Shown here one piece after another: positions 1 to 8,670 of a stretch of DNA of 64,000 nt; the first letter of the stretch is position 1; the number at the start of each line of letters is the position of its first letter. The notes beneath the pieces were generated by a model. It did no database searches, was not told the DNA's origin, and saw only the letters and a list, made by a program, of their open reading frames with translations. The translations under genes and the position numbers were made by a program. This DNA is from an uncultured Candidatus Saccharibacteria bacterium. Lineage in GTDB: Bacteria; Patescibacteriota; Saccharimonadia; Saccharimonadales; JAUPVS01. The stretch spans positions 144,860-208,859 of the forward strand of contig CAYPFM010000001.1 of NCBI GenBank assembly GCA_964410185.1, in the 5' to 3' direction.

Positions 1-104
1 CGGCCCTTTGGTCCCATGGTTGTCTTCACTGCCTTATACAGAACCTCTGCCCCGCCGAGCACGCGGCGGCGAGCGTCATCGTCGTAAAATACTTTTTTAG
101 CCAT
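1..104 (-). CDS. groL: Chaperonin GroEL (Cpn60), N-terminal fragment; the gene continues past the window start
   Basis: The reverse complement starts with ATG at 104 and reads MAKKVFYDDDARRRVLGGAEVLYKAVKTTMGPKG, a canonical Cpn60 N-terminus. It lies 11 nt downstream of groES on the same strand. Confidence 0.85.
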   Translation of the reverse strand, partial: MAKKVFYDDDARRRVLGGAEVLYKAVKTTMGPKG

Positions 105-115
105 CGTTTAGTCTC

Positions 116-382
116 CTATTTAACCGTCGCTAGGACGTCTTCTTCTTTTACTAAAATGTAGTCTTCTTTTTCGACTTTAACGTCGGTGGTGCTGTAACTC
201 TTATAGATAATCCGATCACCCTTTTTGACATGGGTCACGGCCGGCCCAATCGCCAAAACGGTCGCCGTCTTTGGCTTTTCTTGGGTGTTGGTTGGTAAGT
301 ACAGACCACTGGCGGTACGTTCGTTAGCAGTATCGCCTTGGGCCACAATATAGTCCGCGAGGGGGTGCAGATTTACAGACAT
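116..382 (-). CDS. groS: Co-chaperonin GroES (Cpn10)
   Basis: The 88-aa ORF reads LHPLADYIVAQ...TASGLYLP...KPKTATVLAIGP...VKKGDRIIY...ILVKEEDVLA, typical of Cpn10. A GGAGG Shine-Dalgarno sits 7 nt upstream, and groEL follows. Confidence 0.9.
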   Translation of the reverse strand: MSVNLHPLADYIVAQGDTANERTASGLYLPTNTQEKPKTATVLAIGPAVTHVKKGDRIIYKSYSTTDVKVEKEDYILVKEEDVLATVK

Positions 383-423
383 TTAAAACCTCCAGTAAAC
401 GTTAAATCTTGTTCGTACTGGCA

Positions 424-452
424 ATTGTACCGAAGATTTCTGGCACTTTCAA
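424..452 (-). promoter_or_regulatory. Sigma-70-type promoter for groES-groEL (TTGAAA-17 nt-TACAAT)
   Basis: On the minus strand, the -35 TTGAAA is at 452..447 and the -10 TACAAT at 429..424, with exactly 17 nt between them. It is about 40 nt upstream of the groES ATG. Confidence 0.55.
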
Positions 453-466
453 GTGCCGAGTGCTAG
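440..466 (-). promoter_or_regulatory. CIRCE-like inverted repeat (9-N9-9), a possible HrcA operator
   Basis: The minus strand reads CTAGCACTC-GGCACTTGA-AAGTGCCAG. The left arm matches the CIRCE consensus TTAGCACTC at 8/9, the arms are complementary at 7/9, and the repeat overlaps the -35 box. Confidence 0.4.
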
Positions 467-470
467 TAAT

Positions 471-962
471 TTAGCTATACACGAGTTGGGCAGATTTTTT
501 CTGTATCACATGCAGGATTTCTTCGGGATTGACTTCGACTTCACCTAAGCCTGCTTTCCAGAGGTACATCAAATAGCCAGCATCAAGGTCCATCCAGGTG
601 AACTCGTCATGTGCGTCGGTCGGCAGCGTAACGGTTGTCGTCGTATCGGTAAAAGACTCGACCACCAAGAAATCTCGGTCTGGCACCCAGAGACCGGTAA
701 CAGCGTGTCCCATTTTGAGATAGGTTCCATTTTTCCCAACAAGTTCATCCCCATGCTCCTTGGCAAAGCCGAATTGTACGCCGTACGGACCTTCGTACGG
801 ATACTCCTCTCGAAGCAGTAAGCCGGACGCGTAAGCACGAACTGCACAGTTGGCTATTCCGTGATCGAGGGCTTCATTGATATCCGCCGCATCAACGTTG
901 TAATGCGGAAAATTATGAGCCACCGGGCTCAGGGCATCCAAAATAGCTTCCTTCATCACCAT
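471..962 (-). CDS. Hypothetical protein (163 aa); possible Cys-His-Asp papain/transglutaminase-like core, speculative
   Basis: Uninterrupted ORF. The ordered residues GIANC...MGHAV...PDRD could form a thiol-hydrolase triad, but I recognise no family. Confidence 0.5.
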   Translation of the reverse strand: MVMKEAILDALSPVAHNFPHYNVDAADINEALDHGIANCAVRAYASGLLLREEYPYEGPYGVQFGFAKEHGDELVGKNGTYLKMGHAVTGLWVPDRDFLVVESFTDTTTTVTLPTDAHDEFTWMDLDAGYLMYLWKAGLGEVEVNPEEILHVIQKKSAQLVYS

Positions 963-1007
963 AATCTGTATATTATATCATATAATGCTCTTATTTACTA
1001 GGGTCTT

Positions 1008-1895
1008 ATGATCACGTTTTCTCATGCTACAATTTTGATAATGTTTTTGATTAATCAGCACGTTTTGATGTCCGGTACACAGTACTTTACTGATGATTTT
1101 GCGATTAACCCCTACATGGATAGCAGCCTGGCCATCGACACCGAACAGGCCACGGCCGAGCACTTGGCTATCCGCACCGCTTTTGAATCTGCTGGCATTA
1201 GGGTTGAACAAGTCCCCGCCCCTGCCAATTGTCAGGATGGAGTTTACACAGCAAACTGGGGTTTAACCAGGGGTGAAACAGTAATTTTGTCGTCTCTCCC
1301 CAATAAGCGGCAGGCCGAGCAGCCCTTTGCAAAAAAATCACTCCAGGATCTCGGTTTTAAAACTATCGATGCGCCGTTCCGGTTTAGCGGCCAAGGCGAC
1401 GCCCTCCCCTGTGGTGATTTGCTATTTGTGGGCACCACATACCGCACCGACCCCCGTATGCATAGCTTCATGGCTGATAAACTTGGCTTTCGCGTTATTA
1501 GCCTACAAACAGTGCCCTCACGGGACCAAAATGGGATACCAGTCATAAACCAAGTGACCGGCTGGCCCGACAGTTTTTTCTACGATATAGATTTAGCCCT
1601 CTCCGTAATTCGACCTGATTTAATCGCCTGGTGTCCCGATGCTTTCGTTCCTGAAAGCCAGACAAAAATCCGCCAGTTAGATATTGAGACGATTGAAGTT
1701 TCGTTTGAAGAAGCCACAAAAGGCTTTGCCTGTAACCTGGTTTCCACTGGAGAAACTGTGATTATGAGTGCCCAAGCACCCCACTTACAAGCAACCATCG
1801 AAGCTAAGGGCATCAAGACTATAACCCCTAAAATAAAAGAGCTCGCCAAGGGTGGCGGCTACATTCGGTGCGTTAGTTTAACACTTGATAATTAG
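1008..1895 (+). CDS. Amidinotransferase-fold enzyme (guanidino-group modifying superfamily; DDAH / arginine deiminase-like)
   Basis: The C-terminal GGGYIRCVSLTL carries the catalytic-Cys signature of this superfamily, and the ~275-aa core fits. The start is uncertain: ATG at 1008 or ATG at 1068 (MSGTQYFTDDF). Confidence 0.65.
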   Translation: MITFSHATILIMFLINQHVLMSGTQYFTDDFAINPYMDSSLAIDTEQATAEHLAIRTAFESAGIRVEQVPAPANCQDGVYTANWGLTRGETVILSSLPNKRQAEQPFAKKSLQDLGFKTIDAPFRFSGQGDALPCGDLLFVGTTYRTDPRMHSFMADKLGFRVISLQTVPSRDQNGIPVINQVTGWPDSFFYDIDLALSVIRPDLIAWCPDAFVPESQTKIRQLDIETIEVSFEEATKGFACNLVSTGETVIMSAQAPHLQATIEAKGIKTITPKIKELAKGGGYIRCVSLTLDN

Positions 1896-1897
1896 AC

Positions 1898-2833
1898 TTA
1901 GTCCTGGGTAGGATGAACGCTTACAACCTTGTGAAGCGCGTCGATAGTGCGAAGACGATTAATGATAGCCTCCGAGGTAAGAACACTTTCCCGCGTCTCT
2001 ACAGTTGGGAACCGTTGATCAAGCATCTTAGTGATAAACTTCCGGCAGCGTTCTAGATCCCAGCCATCCAGCTGCAAGAACTCCTGCACAGAAGATGCTA
2101 GGTTATTGTGGGCATAACGTCGGATCGCATCAAGCATAACAACATCACCGGCATTATCCTCGAGTGCGCGGTCAAACTTACGGGCAGCCTTATTGTGCGC
2201 ATTAACGCTTGTTGCATAACGCTCCCATTGGTCAACGATATGTGGAGGGAAAACGTCCTTTGGCATATTGAATCGGTACTCGCCGGTTTCTTCATCCAGC
2301 ACCATAAAGCCAAGCTTTTTCATGATGTCTTCCTGTGAAGCACCGCTCATGCCGGCAACGCGTTCAACAAGTTTGGCTCGATACTCCTCGTCTTCTTTTT
2401 CGGTATCGTCGATCTCGACCCCAAGAGTAAACGCTACTTGGCGGCGGATTTCATCGTAGCGCTTCTTTTGCGCGCTGATGCGATCCTCAACGGCGCCCTC
2501 GTCCCCGTTGGCTCGAGCCTCGGTGATTAAGGTACGGTTGGCAAGCGCTTCCTCGTCCTGGTCGAAGACCATGTCGACAATTTCTTCAACAGCTTCTAGC
2601 TGCTCGTCCAAAGTCAGGCCCTCAAAGACGTTCATCCCTTCGGCAACTGCTTCCTGGGCGTCCTGGTTAACTTCAAGCATCTCCCGGACTTCTGGGTTCC
2701 TTACCTTTGCAACCGAATCACGAGCACTCATAATCTGGTGGTATAAAAGATTGTTCTGCTCGGCAAGCTCTGCACCCGCTACAGGCGGCTGCGTTGTTAC
2801 GTGGTCATGGAATGCATCGGTCATAATGCTCAT
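1898..2833 (-). CDS. Hypothetical acidic, probably all-helical protein (311 aa)
   Basis: Long ORF rich in D/E, with no motif I recognise. A TGCTATAAT box abuts the first ATG, so the true start may be ATG at 2824. Confidence 0.55.
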   Translation of the reverse strand: MSIMTDAFHDHVTTQPPVAGAELAEQNNLLYHQIMSARDSVAKVRNPEVREMLEVNQDAQEAVAEGMNVFEGLTLDEQLEAVEEIVDMVFDQDEEALANRTLITEARANGDEGAVEDRISAQKKRYDEIRRQVAFTLGVEIDDTEKEDEEYRAKLVERVAGMSGASQEDIMKKLGFMVLDEETGEYRFNMPKDVFPPHIVDQWERYATSVNAHNKAARKFDRALEDNAGDVVMLDAIRRYAHNNLASSVQEFLQLDGWDLERCRKFITKMLDQRFPTVETRESVLTSEAIINRLRTIDALHKVVSVHPTQD

Positions 2834-2874
2834 ATTATAGCATAAGCTTTACTTTTTTACAATATACTTTCTGA

Positions 2875-4230
2875 TTACTTTTTTTCGCGGAGCGCTTGTC
2901 GTGCGGTGGTAATTTCGTCCCACTTGTGTTCAATAACCCTGAGCGGATCATGATCATCTTGCTTTAAATGTCGCAGCTCTGCAGCTTTCGGTCCATTACG
3001 AAGAATGTCTTTTTCGTGGCCTTTACCCAATAATAACACCGTATCGCCGGTTTTTGCACGTTTTAGTGCCGCTGAAATTGCTTCAGTACGATCATGCACC
3101 AAAAAAAGGTCCTTGCCCCGAACTTTACCTTTGGCTTCGGCGGCCTTGGCAATCATCTCCATAATCTCCTGCCCATCAATGTCGCGGTCATCTTCTTCGG
3201 TGACAATAATCTCGTCAGCATACTCGCCGGCGAGTGCGCCTTGCGTGGTGCGCTTTTCTTCGTCACGCCGGCCAGCAGAGCCAAACATGACGATTAACTT
3301 CCCTTTTACGACTGGTTTTAGGTCTTTAAATAACTTCTCGAAGCTATCCGGGGTATGGGCGTAGTCAACAATCACACTAAAGTCCTGGCCTTCGTCAATT
3401 CGGGTCATCCGGCCTTCGACACCCTCCAGTGCAGCAATGCCCTGCTCGATTTGGGCTTTGGAAAGCCCTAGGGTGTGGCCGACGCCGACTGCCGCCAACG
3501 AGTTATAGACGTTAAAACTGCCGGGTAGCTGGCAGGTAATCGAGTATTGCGTGCCGTTCAGGCCCACCGAGTAACTCACACCGTCAGGGGTCAATTCAAC
3601 GTTCTTCGCCTTAAGATCGCCGTTCTTGATGCCATAGCTGAGTGGGTTTTTAATATCACTGGCAAACAAGGCCCCGTTTGGGTCGTCGGCATTAACGATG
3701 CCAACTTGTAGGCCCTTCTTGTTCTTGTTGCACAGCTTAAACATCATTCGTTTGGCATCACGATAGCGTTCGAAGGTGCCGTGGTAGTCCAGGTGCTCAT
3801 GTGTCAGGTTTGTGAACACCACGACGCTATAAGGAACGCCCCACATGCGGTGCTGGGCCAAAGCGTGACTGGTCGTTTCCAGCACCAGCCATTCCATACC
3901 CTCGGCCTTCATCTCTTTCATGCGTGTCATCAGTTCCGGGACGGTGACGCTGGTCATGTGTGCAACTTGCGGCTTAATGTCGCTACCGACTCCGTATGCA
4001 ACAGTGGTCATAAGCCCCACCTTGTAGCCAGCCTCGAGTAGCATGCGATGAATGATAAATGAGGTTGAGGTTTTACCATTCGTCCCGGTGACACCGATCA
4101 CCTTCAGCCCCTTCGATGGGAAACCATTGATTGTATTCAACAGCATCGCCTCACCTAAGTGGCCATACGGCTCGACCTTTTTAAAGGTTTTGGTCGGAAT
4201 TAATTTCTTAACAGTGCTGCGGAGATTCAT
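2875..4230 (-). CDS. murE: Mur ligase, MurE-type (UDP-MurNAc-L-Ala-D-Glu:diamino acid ligase)
   Basis: Motifs GVTGTNGKTSTS (P-loop), LETTSHAL, FTNLTHEHLDYHG and DYAHTPDS are typical of MurE. Confidence 0.85.
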   Translation of the reverse strand: MNLRSTVKKLIPTKTFKKVEPYGHLGEAMLLNTINGFPSKGLKVIGVTGTNGKTSTSFIIHRMLLEAGYKVGLMTTVAYGVGSDIKPQVAHMTSVTVPELMTRMKEMKAEGMEWLVLETTSHALAQHRMWGVPYSVVVFTNLTHEHLDYHGTFERYRDAKRMMFKLCNKNKKGLQVGIVNADDPNGALFASDIKNPLSYGIKNGDLKAKNVELTPDGVSYSVGLNGTQYSITCQLPGSFNVYNSLAAVGVGHTLGLSKAQIEQGIAALEGVEGRMTRIDEGQDFSVIVDYAHTPDSFEKLFKDLKPVVKGKLIVMFGSAGRRDEEKRTTQGALAGEYADEIIVTEEDDRDIDGQEIMEMIAKAAEAKGKVRGKDLFLVHDRTEAISAALKRAKTGDTVLLLGKGHEKDILRNGPKAAELRHLKQDDHDPLRVIEHKWDEITTARQALREKK

Positions 4231-4255
4231 TGGTTTTCAGTATACTAGGTTTTAG

Positions 4256-5317
4256 ATGAAGATTTTAGGGATCGAATCAAGTTGTGACGAAACAGCCGCC
4301 GCGGTTGTCGATGATGGTCACAAACTATTGAGCAACGCCGTCGCCACTAGCATGGATATTCATGCCCAATACGGTGGTGTAGTGCCAGAAATTGCCGCTC
4401 GCAGCCACATCGAATCAATCCTGCCAGTTATCAAGCAGGCCTTAGCCGATGCCAGCTGCAGCTGGGATGACATCGATGGCATTGCCGTCACCTACGGCGC
4501 CGGCCTGGGCGGCTGTTTATTGGTTGGGGTTATGTCGGCTCGCTCCCTGGCAATCACCCATAAAAAACCTCTCTACGCGGTAAATCACGTCGAGGGGCAT
4601 GTCTATGCCAACTTCTTGACGACCACTTCTCTGCCCGGTTACGTACTGCCGGCCGAACAGCCCAAATTCCCGCTCCTGGCGCTGATTGTCAGTGGTGGCC
4701 ACAGCCAGTTGGTCTTATTCCGCAACCACTTTGACTACACCTTACTCGGTCAAACCCACGACGATGCCATCGGTGAAGCCTTCGACAAAGTTGCCAAGGT
4801 GCTCGGCCTCCCCTACCCTGGCGGTCCGAGTATTGGCAAAAAGGCCCTTGATGGTGACCCGATGGCCTTTACGTTTCCTAAGGCAAAGCTCCAAGCCAAG
4901 TATGATTTTAGTTTTTCTGGGCCCAAAACAGCCGTTTTAAGAACTATTCAAGAATTATGTGGTAAACCTCACGACTTTCCGTCGTTTAAGCTGGCAGAGC
5001 TGCTCAGCGAGCCTCAGAAGGCCGATATTGCGGCCAGCTTCCAGCGAATTGCCGTCGAAACCGTTGTCGACAAGACCATCTTGGCTTACCAGGAGTTCTC
5101 CCCTGTCTCAGTTGTTATCGCCGGTGGCGTGGCAGCCAGTCCGGAATTACGCCGTCAACTAGCCGAGCGCCTACCTATTCCAATTAGCTACACCGACCCC
5201 AAACTTTGCACTGACAACGGCGCCATGATTGCTACCTTGGGCTGCTTCCAAGCCAGCCATAATCGACCAGCCGCTGACCCCTACACTTTGGCGATTGAGC
5301 CCAACTTATCAATGTAA
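4256..5317 (+). CDS. tsaD: tRNA N6-adenosine threonylcarbamoyltransferase TsaD
   Basis: MKILGIESSCDETAAAVV..., HIEGH-like VNHVEGH and GGVAAS motifs; 353 aa. Confidence 0.9.
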   Translation: MKILGIESSCDETAAAVVDDGHKLLSNAVATSMDIHAQYGGVVPEIAARSHIESILPVIKQALADASCSWDDIDGIAVTYGAGLGGCLLVGVMSARSLAITHKKPLYAVNHVEGHVYANFLTTTSLPGYVLPAEQPKFPLLALIVSGGHSQLVLFRNHFDYTLLGQTHDDAIGEAFDKVAKVLGLPYPGGPSIGKKALDGDPMAFTFPKAKLQAKYDFSFSGPKTAVLRTIQELCGKPHDFPSFKLAELLSEPQKADIAASFQRIAVETVVDKTILAYQEFSPVSVVIAGGVAASPELRRQLAERLPIPISYTDPKLCTDNGAMIATLGCFQASHNRPAADPYTLAIEPNLSM

Positions 5318-5323
5318 TGTCGG

Positions 5324-5779
5324 CTATTTAACAGGGGTGTGCACGGGATCGATGAGTTTGCGATCGTGGGTTGTCCCATGGCTCTCGGCGTGGTGTGTCG
5401 GCATATGAGGGCGCTCACTAGTTCCCTGCCCATCAAGCGTAATGCCCGCTGTGATGACTTCACGCAAAGCCAGTTGCTCGGGTGTTGGGAACATCGCCAC
5501 GATAGCCACCCGTTTTTCATTATGGTCAACATAACCTCGTGAAGCGCTGCGCTCGACCCTAGTATTGTGGTCCCGAGAAGCTTGGCTCAAGTGTCGATTG
5601 TTATCGATAAATACGGCTTGAACATCGGGGTTCTCGGCGTAGACCACTTCCACAAGTGTCAGTTCCCGCCCCAGTTCTTGGTCGTAAACACCACCATAAT
5701 TTAGCTCCTCACGATAAACCTCGCACATAACCACTGGTACGGGCATTAAATCGATAGGGTTTTCCACTGAGTACTTCAT
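5324..5779 (-). CDS. Hypothetical protein (151 aa)
   Basis: ORF with a TGCTATAAT box 11 nt upstream of its ATG. No domain recognised. Confidence 0.5.
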   Translation of the reverse strand: MKYSVENPIDLMPVPVVMCEVYREELNYGGVYDQELGRELTLVEVVYAENPDVQAVFIDNNRHLSQASRDHNTRVERSASRGYVDHNEKRVAIVAMFPTPEQLALREVITAGITLDGQGTSERPHMPTHHAESHGTTHDRKLIDPVHTPVK

Positions 5780-6099
5780 TCAAAGTGCAGATTATAGCAT
5801 AAACGTCATTGCATGTCAATGGTACACGGGCTTGACCTTGTGGTATGCTAATGCTTGAAAACAAACACCTCACCGAGACGCAGCAGGCCTGCACGTTCTC
5901 CAGGTAAAACCAGTTGTAAGAGAATATTCAAGAGGGTTCTAGGATGGATTACTAGAGCACTATTTAATATTGTTTTAATAATTCGTTTCACATGAACCAA
6001 CTTCGGTGCGATATTTAATCAGTTTTTAATATTTCACGGGCCAATTCATGCTTATTAACAGATGTGGTATCCTATTAACAGTTAATTAAAAGGGAAGAG

Positions 6100-8670
6100 T
6101 TGCGGCAACCATTGAAGCTATCTAAAACCTACGAACCAAACCAATACGAATCTGACATCTACGCTCTGTGGGAAAGGGCGAGCGCTTTTACGCCTCAACC
6201 AGGAAAAGGCAAGGGGAGTTTTAGTATTGTCGTACCGCCACCAAACGCCAATGGGAACCTCCACTTAGGGCATGGGCTAACCCTCGCTATCGAGGATATT
6301 TTGGTTCGTTATCACCGCCTGAAAGGTGAAGCCGCACTGCTGTTACCTGGCGCCGATCACGCTGGTTTTGAAACCCAGGTGGTCTACGAAAAAGAGTTGG
6401 CCAAAACAGGGAAGAGCCGCTTCGATTTTACCCGCGAGGAACTGTACGATCAGATTCACGAGTTTGTGGCTGGCAACAAGGATAATTACGAGGGGCAATT
6501 CCGTAAACTGGGTGCTGGTGTTGACTGGAGCCGGTACACCTTCACGCTTGATCAAAAGATTGTCGATCGCGCCTATCAAACCTTTAAGAAGATGTGGGAC
6601 GATAAGCTCATTTACAGAGGCGAGCGACTGGTCAACTTTTGCACCTTTCATGGCACCGCCTTCGCCGACATCGAGGTTGCGTATCAAGAAGATCCTGGCC
6701 ACCTCTGGTATGTCCGCTACCCGCTAACTGATGGCAGCGGGGAAGTGGTAGTCGCTACAACACGACCCGAAACCATGCTGGGCGACACCGCCGTGGCCGT
6801 CCACCCAGACGATGAACGCTACGCCCAGTTTATTGGCAAAACCGTCCGTCTACCCCTGACAAATCGCGAAATTCCAATCATCGCCGATGCCATGGTAGAG
6901 GTTGGGTTTGGGACTGGTGCCGTCAAGATTACGCCGGCCCATGACCCCAATGACTACGAAGTCGCCAAACGTCATGACCTGCCCTTTATCACCGTTATCG
7001 ACAACGAAGGGAAGATGACTGATGTTCACGCCGAATATCGTGGTTTAGAAGTTGCTGAGGCCCGCAAAAAGGTCGTCAAAGACCTCGAGGATTCTAAACT
7101 TTTAATTAAAACAGAAGAAGTTGTTCACAATGTTGGCCACTGTTATAAGTGTGGCACTGTCATTGAACCGCTGCTACGAGAACAGTGGTTTATTGATATG
7201 CAGCCCCTGGTCCAGCCAGCCATCGCCGCCCTAGAAGCCAAAAAGATTACGTTCTACCCTGACAATAAAAGGGAACAGCTGATTACCTACCTCCAGGGCT
7301 TGCGAGACTGGAATATTAGCCGGCAGATTGCTTGGGGAATTCCGATCCCTGCCTTCCAAAATGTCGATGATCCGGACGATTGGGTGTACAGCGAAAATGT
7401 TACCGAAGAGCTAATTGTTGAAGGGGGCAAAACCTACCGCCGCGACCCCGACGTTTTTGACACATGGTTCAGCAGCTCGAGCTGGCCATACGCCACCCTG
7501 GACTTCCCGGATGGCGCCGACTTTGACGAGTTTTACCCCCTCAGCGTCATGGAAACCGGCGCCGACATCCTCTACCCGTGGGTCAGCCGGATGATCATGT
7601 TTGGCATTTACGTAACCGGCCAAGTACCGTTTAAAAACGTCTACCTCCACGGCATGATTCAAGACGAACATGGTGCCAAGATGAGCAAGAGCAAAGGCAA
7701 TGTCATTAACCCTATGGAAAAGGTTGATGAGTATGGTTCGGATGCCTTCCGCATGGGCATTATCGCCACCGAAACCGCTGGCATGAATCGCCCGTTCGAC
7801 CCAAGCAAGGTCGTTGGGGCGCGCAACTTCTGCAACAAACTTTGGAATGTGGCGCGCTTTGTTGAAGACAAGCTGGGCGATGACGTAGAACTGCGCAAAA
7901 CACCAAAATCACAAAGTCCAGCTGATGACTGGCTGTTGAGCAAATTACAACAGTCCGCGGAAGTTATCTCTGTTCATTTGGACAATTACCGCTTGGCGGA
8001 GGCCTATGACGCCCTATACCACCTCGCTTGGGATGACTTTGCCGACTGGTACCTCGAGGCCTCAAAAGAGCAGACCAACCCATCGGTTTTGGCCTTTGGC
8101 TTAGAGACCATCCTTAAACTGGCGCACCCGTTTGCACCATTTGTCACCGAGACGATTTGGCAGACGCTGGCCTGGGAAGACGGCAGCGTTTTGGCCAATG
8201 CCGACTGGCCCGTTAACCTGCCCGCCGGCGACCCTGCAGCGTTCGAGGATATTAAAACTATTGTGACAGAGGTACGGGCCGTTGCCCGAGACCTGCAAAC
8301 CCAAGACCTGACCCTAGCCTTCCATGAAGTGCCGTTCTTAGCCGAGCACGCTGGCATTATTGCCAAACTCTCTCGAGTTACGGTCCGCGAAGCCAAAGAG
8401 GCGGGGGAGGGGATTAAGCTACTCCAGACTGACTACCCGGCCTGGCTGGCTGTCAGCCCTGAGGCTATCAAGCAATACACGGATAGTCTGGCCCAACAAC
8501 AAGATACTCAAATCGGTATTATTCAGCAGCTCGAGAAGCGACTTAGCAACAAGGCTTACGTCGAGAACGCGCCAGCCAAGATTATTGATCAAACCAAGGC
8601 TCAGCTAGCCGAGGCAGAGCGCCTCTTGGCTGGTATCCAAGAACAGCAGCACCGCTTTACTCAAAACTAA
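6100..8670 (+). CDS. valS: Valine--tRNA ligase
   Basis: Class I HIGH-type motif PPPNANGNLHLGHG, the KMSKSKGN motif and a C-terminal coiled coil; 856 aa. TTG start preceded by AAGGGAAGAG. Confidence 0.95.
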   Translation: MRQPLKLSKTYEPNQYESDIYALWERASAFTPQPGKGKGSFSIVVPPPNANGNLHLGHGLTLAIEDILVRYHRLKGEAALLLPGADHAGFETQVVYEKELAKTGKSRFDFTREELYDQIHEFVAGNKDNYEGQFRKLGAGVDWSRYTFTLDQKIVDRAYQTFKKMWDDKLIYRGERLVNFCTFHGTAFADIEVAYQEDPGHLWYVRYPLTDGSGEVVVATTRPETMLGDTAVAVHPDDERYAQFIGKTVRLPLTNREIPIIADAMVEVGFGTGAVKITPAHDPNDYEVAKRHDLPFITVIDNEGKMTDVHAEYRGLEVAEARKKVVKDLEDSKLLIKTEEVVHNVGHCYKCGTVIEPLLREQWFIDMQPLVQPAIAALEAKKITFYPDNKREQLITYLQGLRDWNISRQIAWGIPIPAFQNVDDPDDWVYSENVTEELIVEGGKTYRRDPDVFDTWFSSSSWPYATLDFPDGADFDEFYPLSVMETGADILYPWVSRMIMFGIYVTGQVPFKNVYLHGMIQDEHGAKMSKSKGNVINPMEKVDEYGSDAFRMGIIATETAGMNRPFDPSKVVGARNFCNKLWNVARFVEDKLGDDVELRKTPKSQSPADDWLLSKLQQSAEVISVHLDNYRLAEAYDALYHLAWDDFADWYLEASKEQTNPSVLAFGLETILKLAHPFAPFVTETIWQTLAWEDGSVLANADWPVNLPAGDPAAFEDIKTIVTEVRAVARDLQTQDLTLAFHEVPFLAEHAGIIAKLSRVTVREAKEAGEGIKLLQTDYPAWLAVSPEAIKQYTDSLAQQQDTQIGIIQQLEKRLSNKAYVENAPAKIIDQTKAQLAEAERLLAGIQEQQHRFTQN

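Noticed and set aside
5780-6099. A T-box leader or other riboswitch in the 320-nt region upstream of valS, and the duplicated TATTAACAG motif at about 6054 and 6074.
   Set aside because: I could not find the conserved T-box sequence (AANNNGGGTGGTACCGCG-like) or a specifier/terminator-antiterminator arrangement. TATTAACAG-like strings also occur near 13972 and 38925 and may simply reflect AT-rich intergenic composition.
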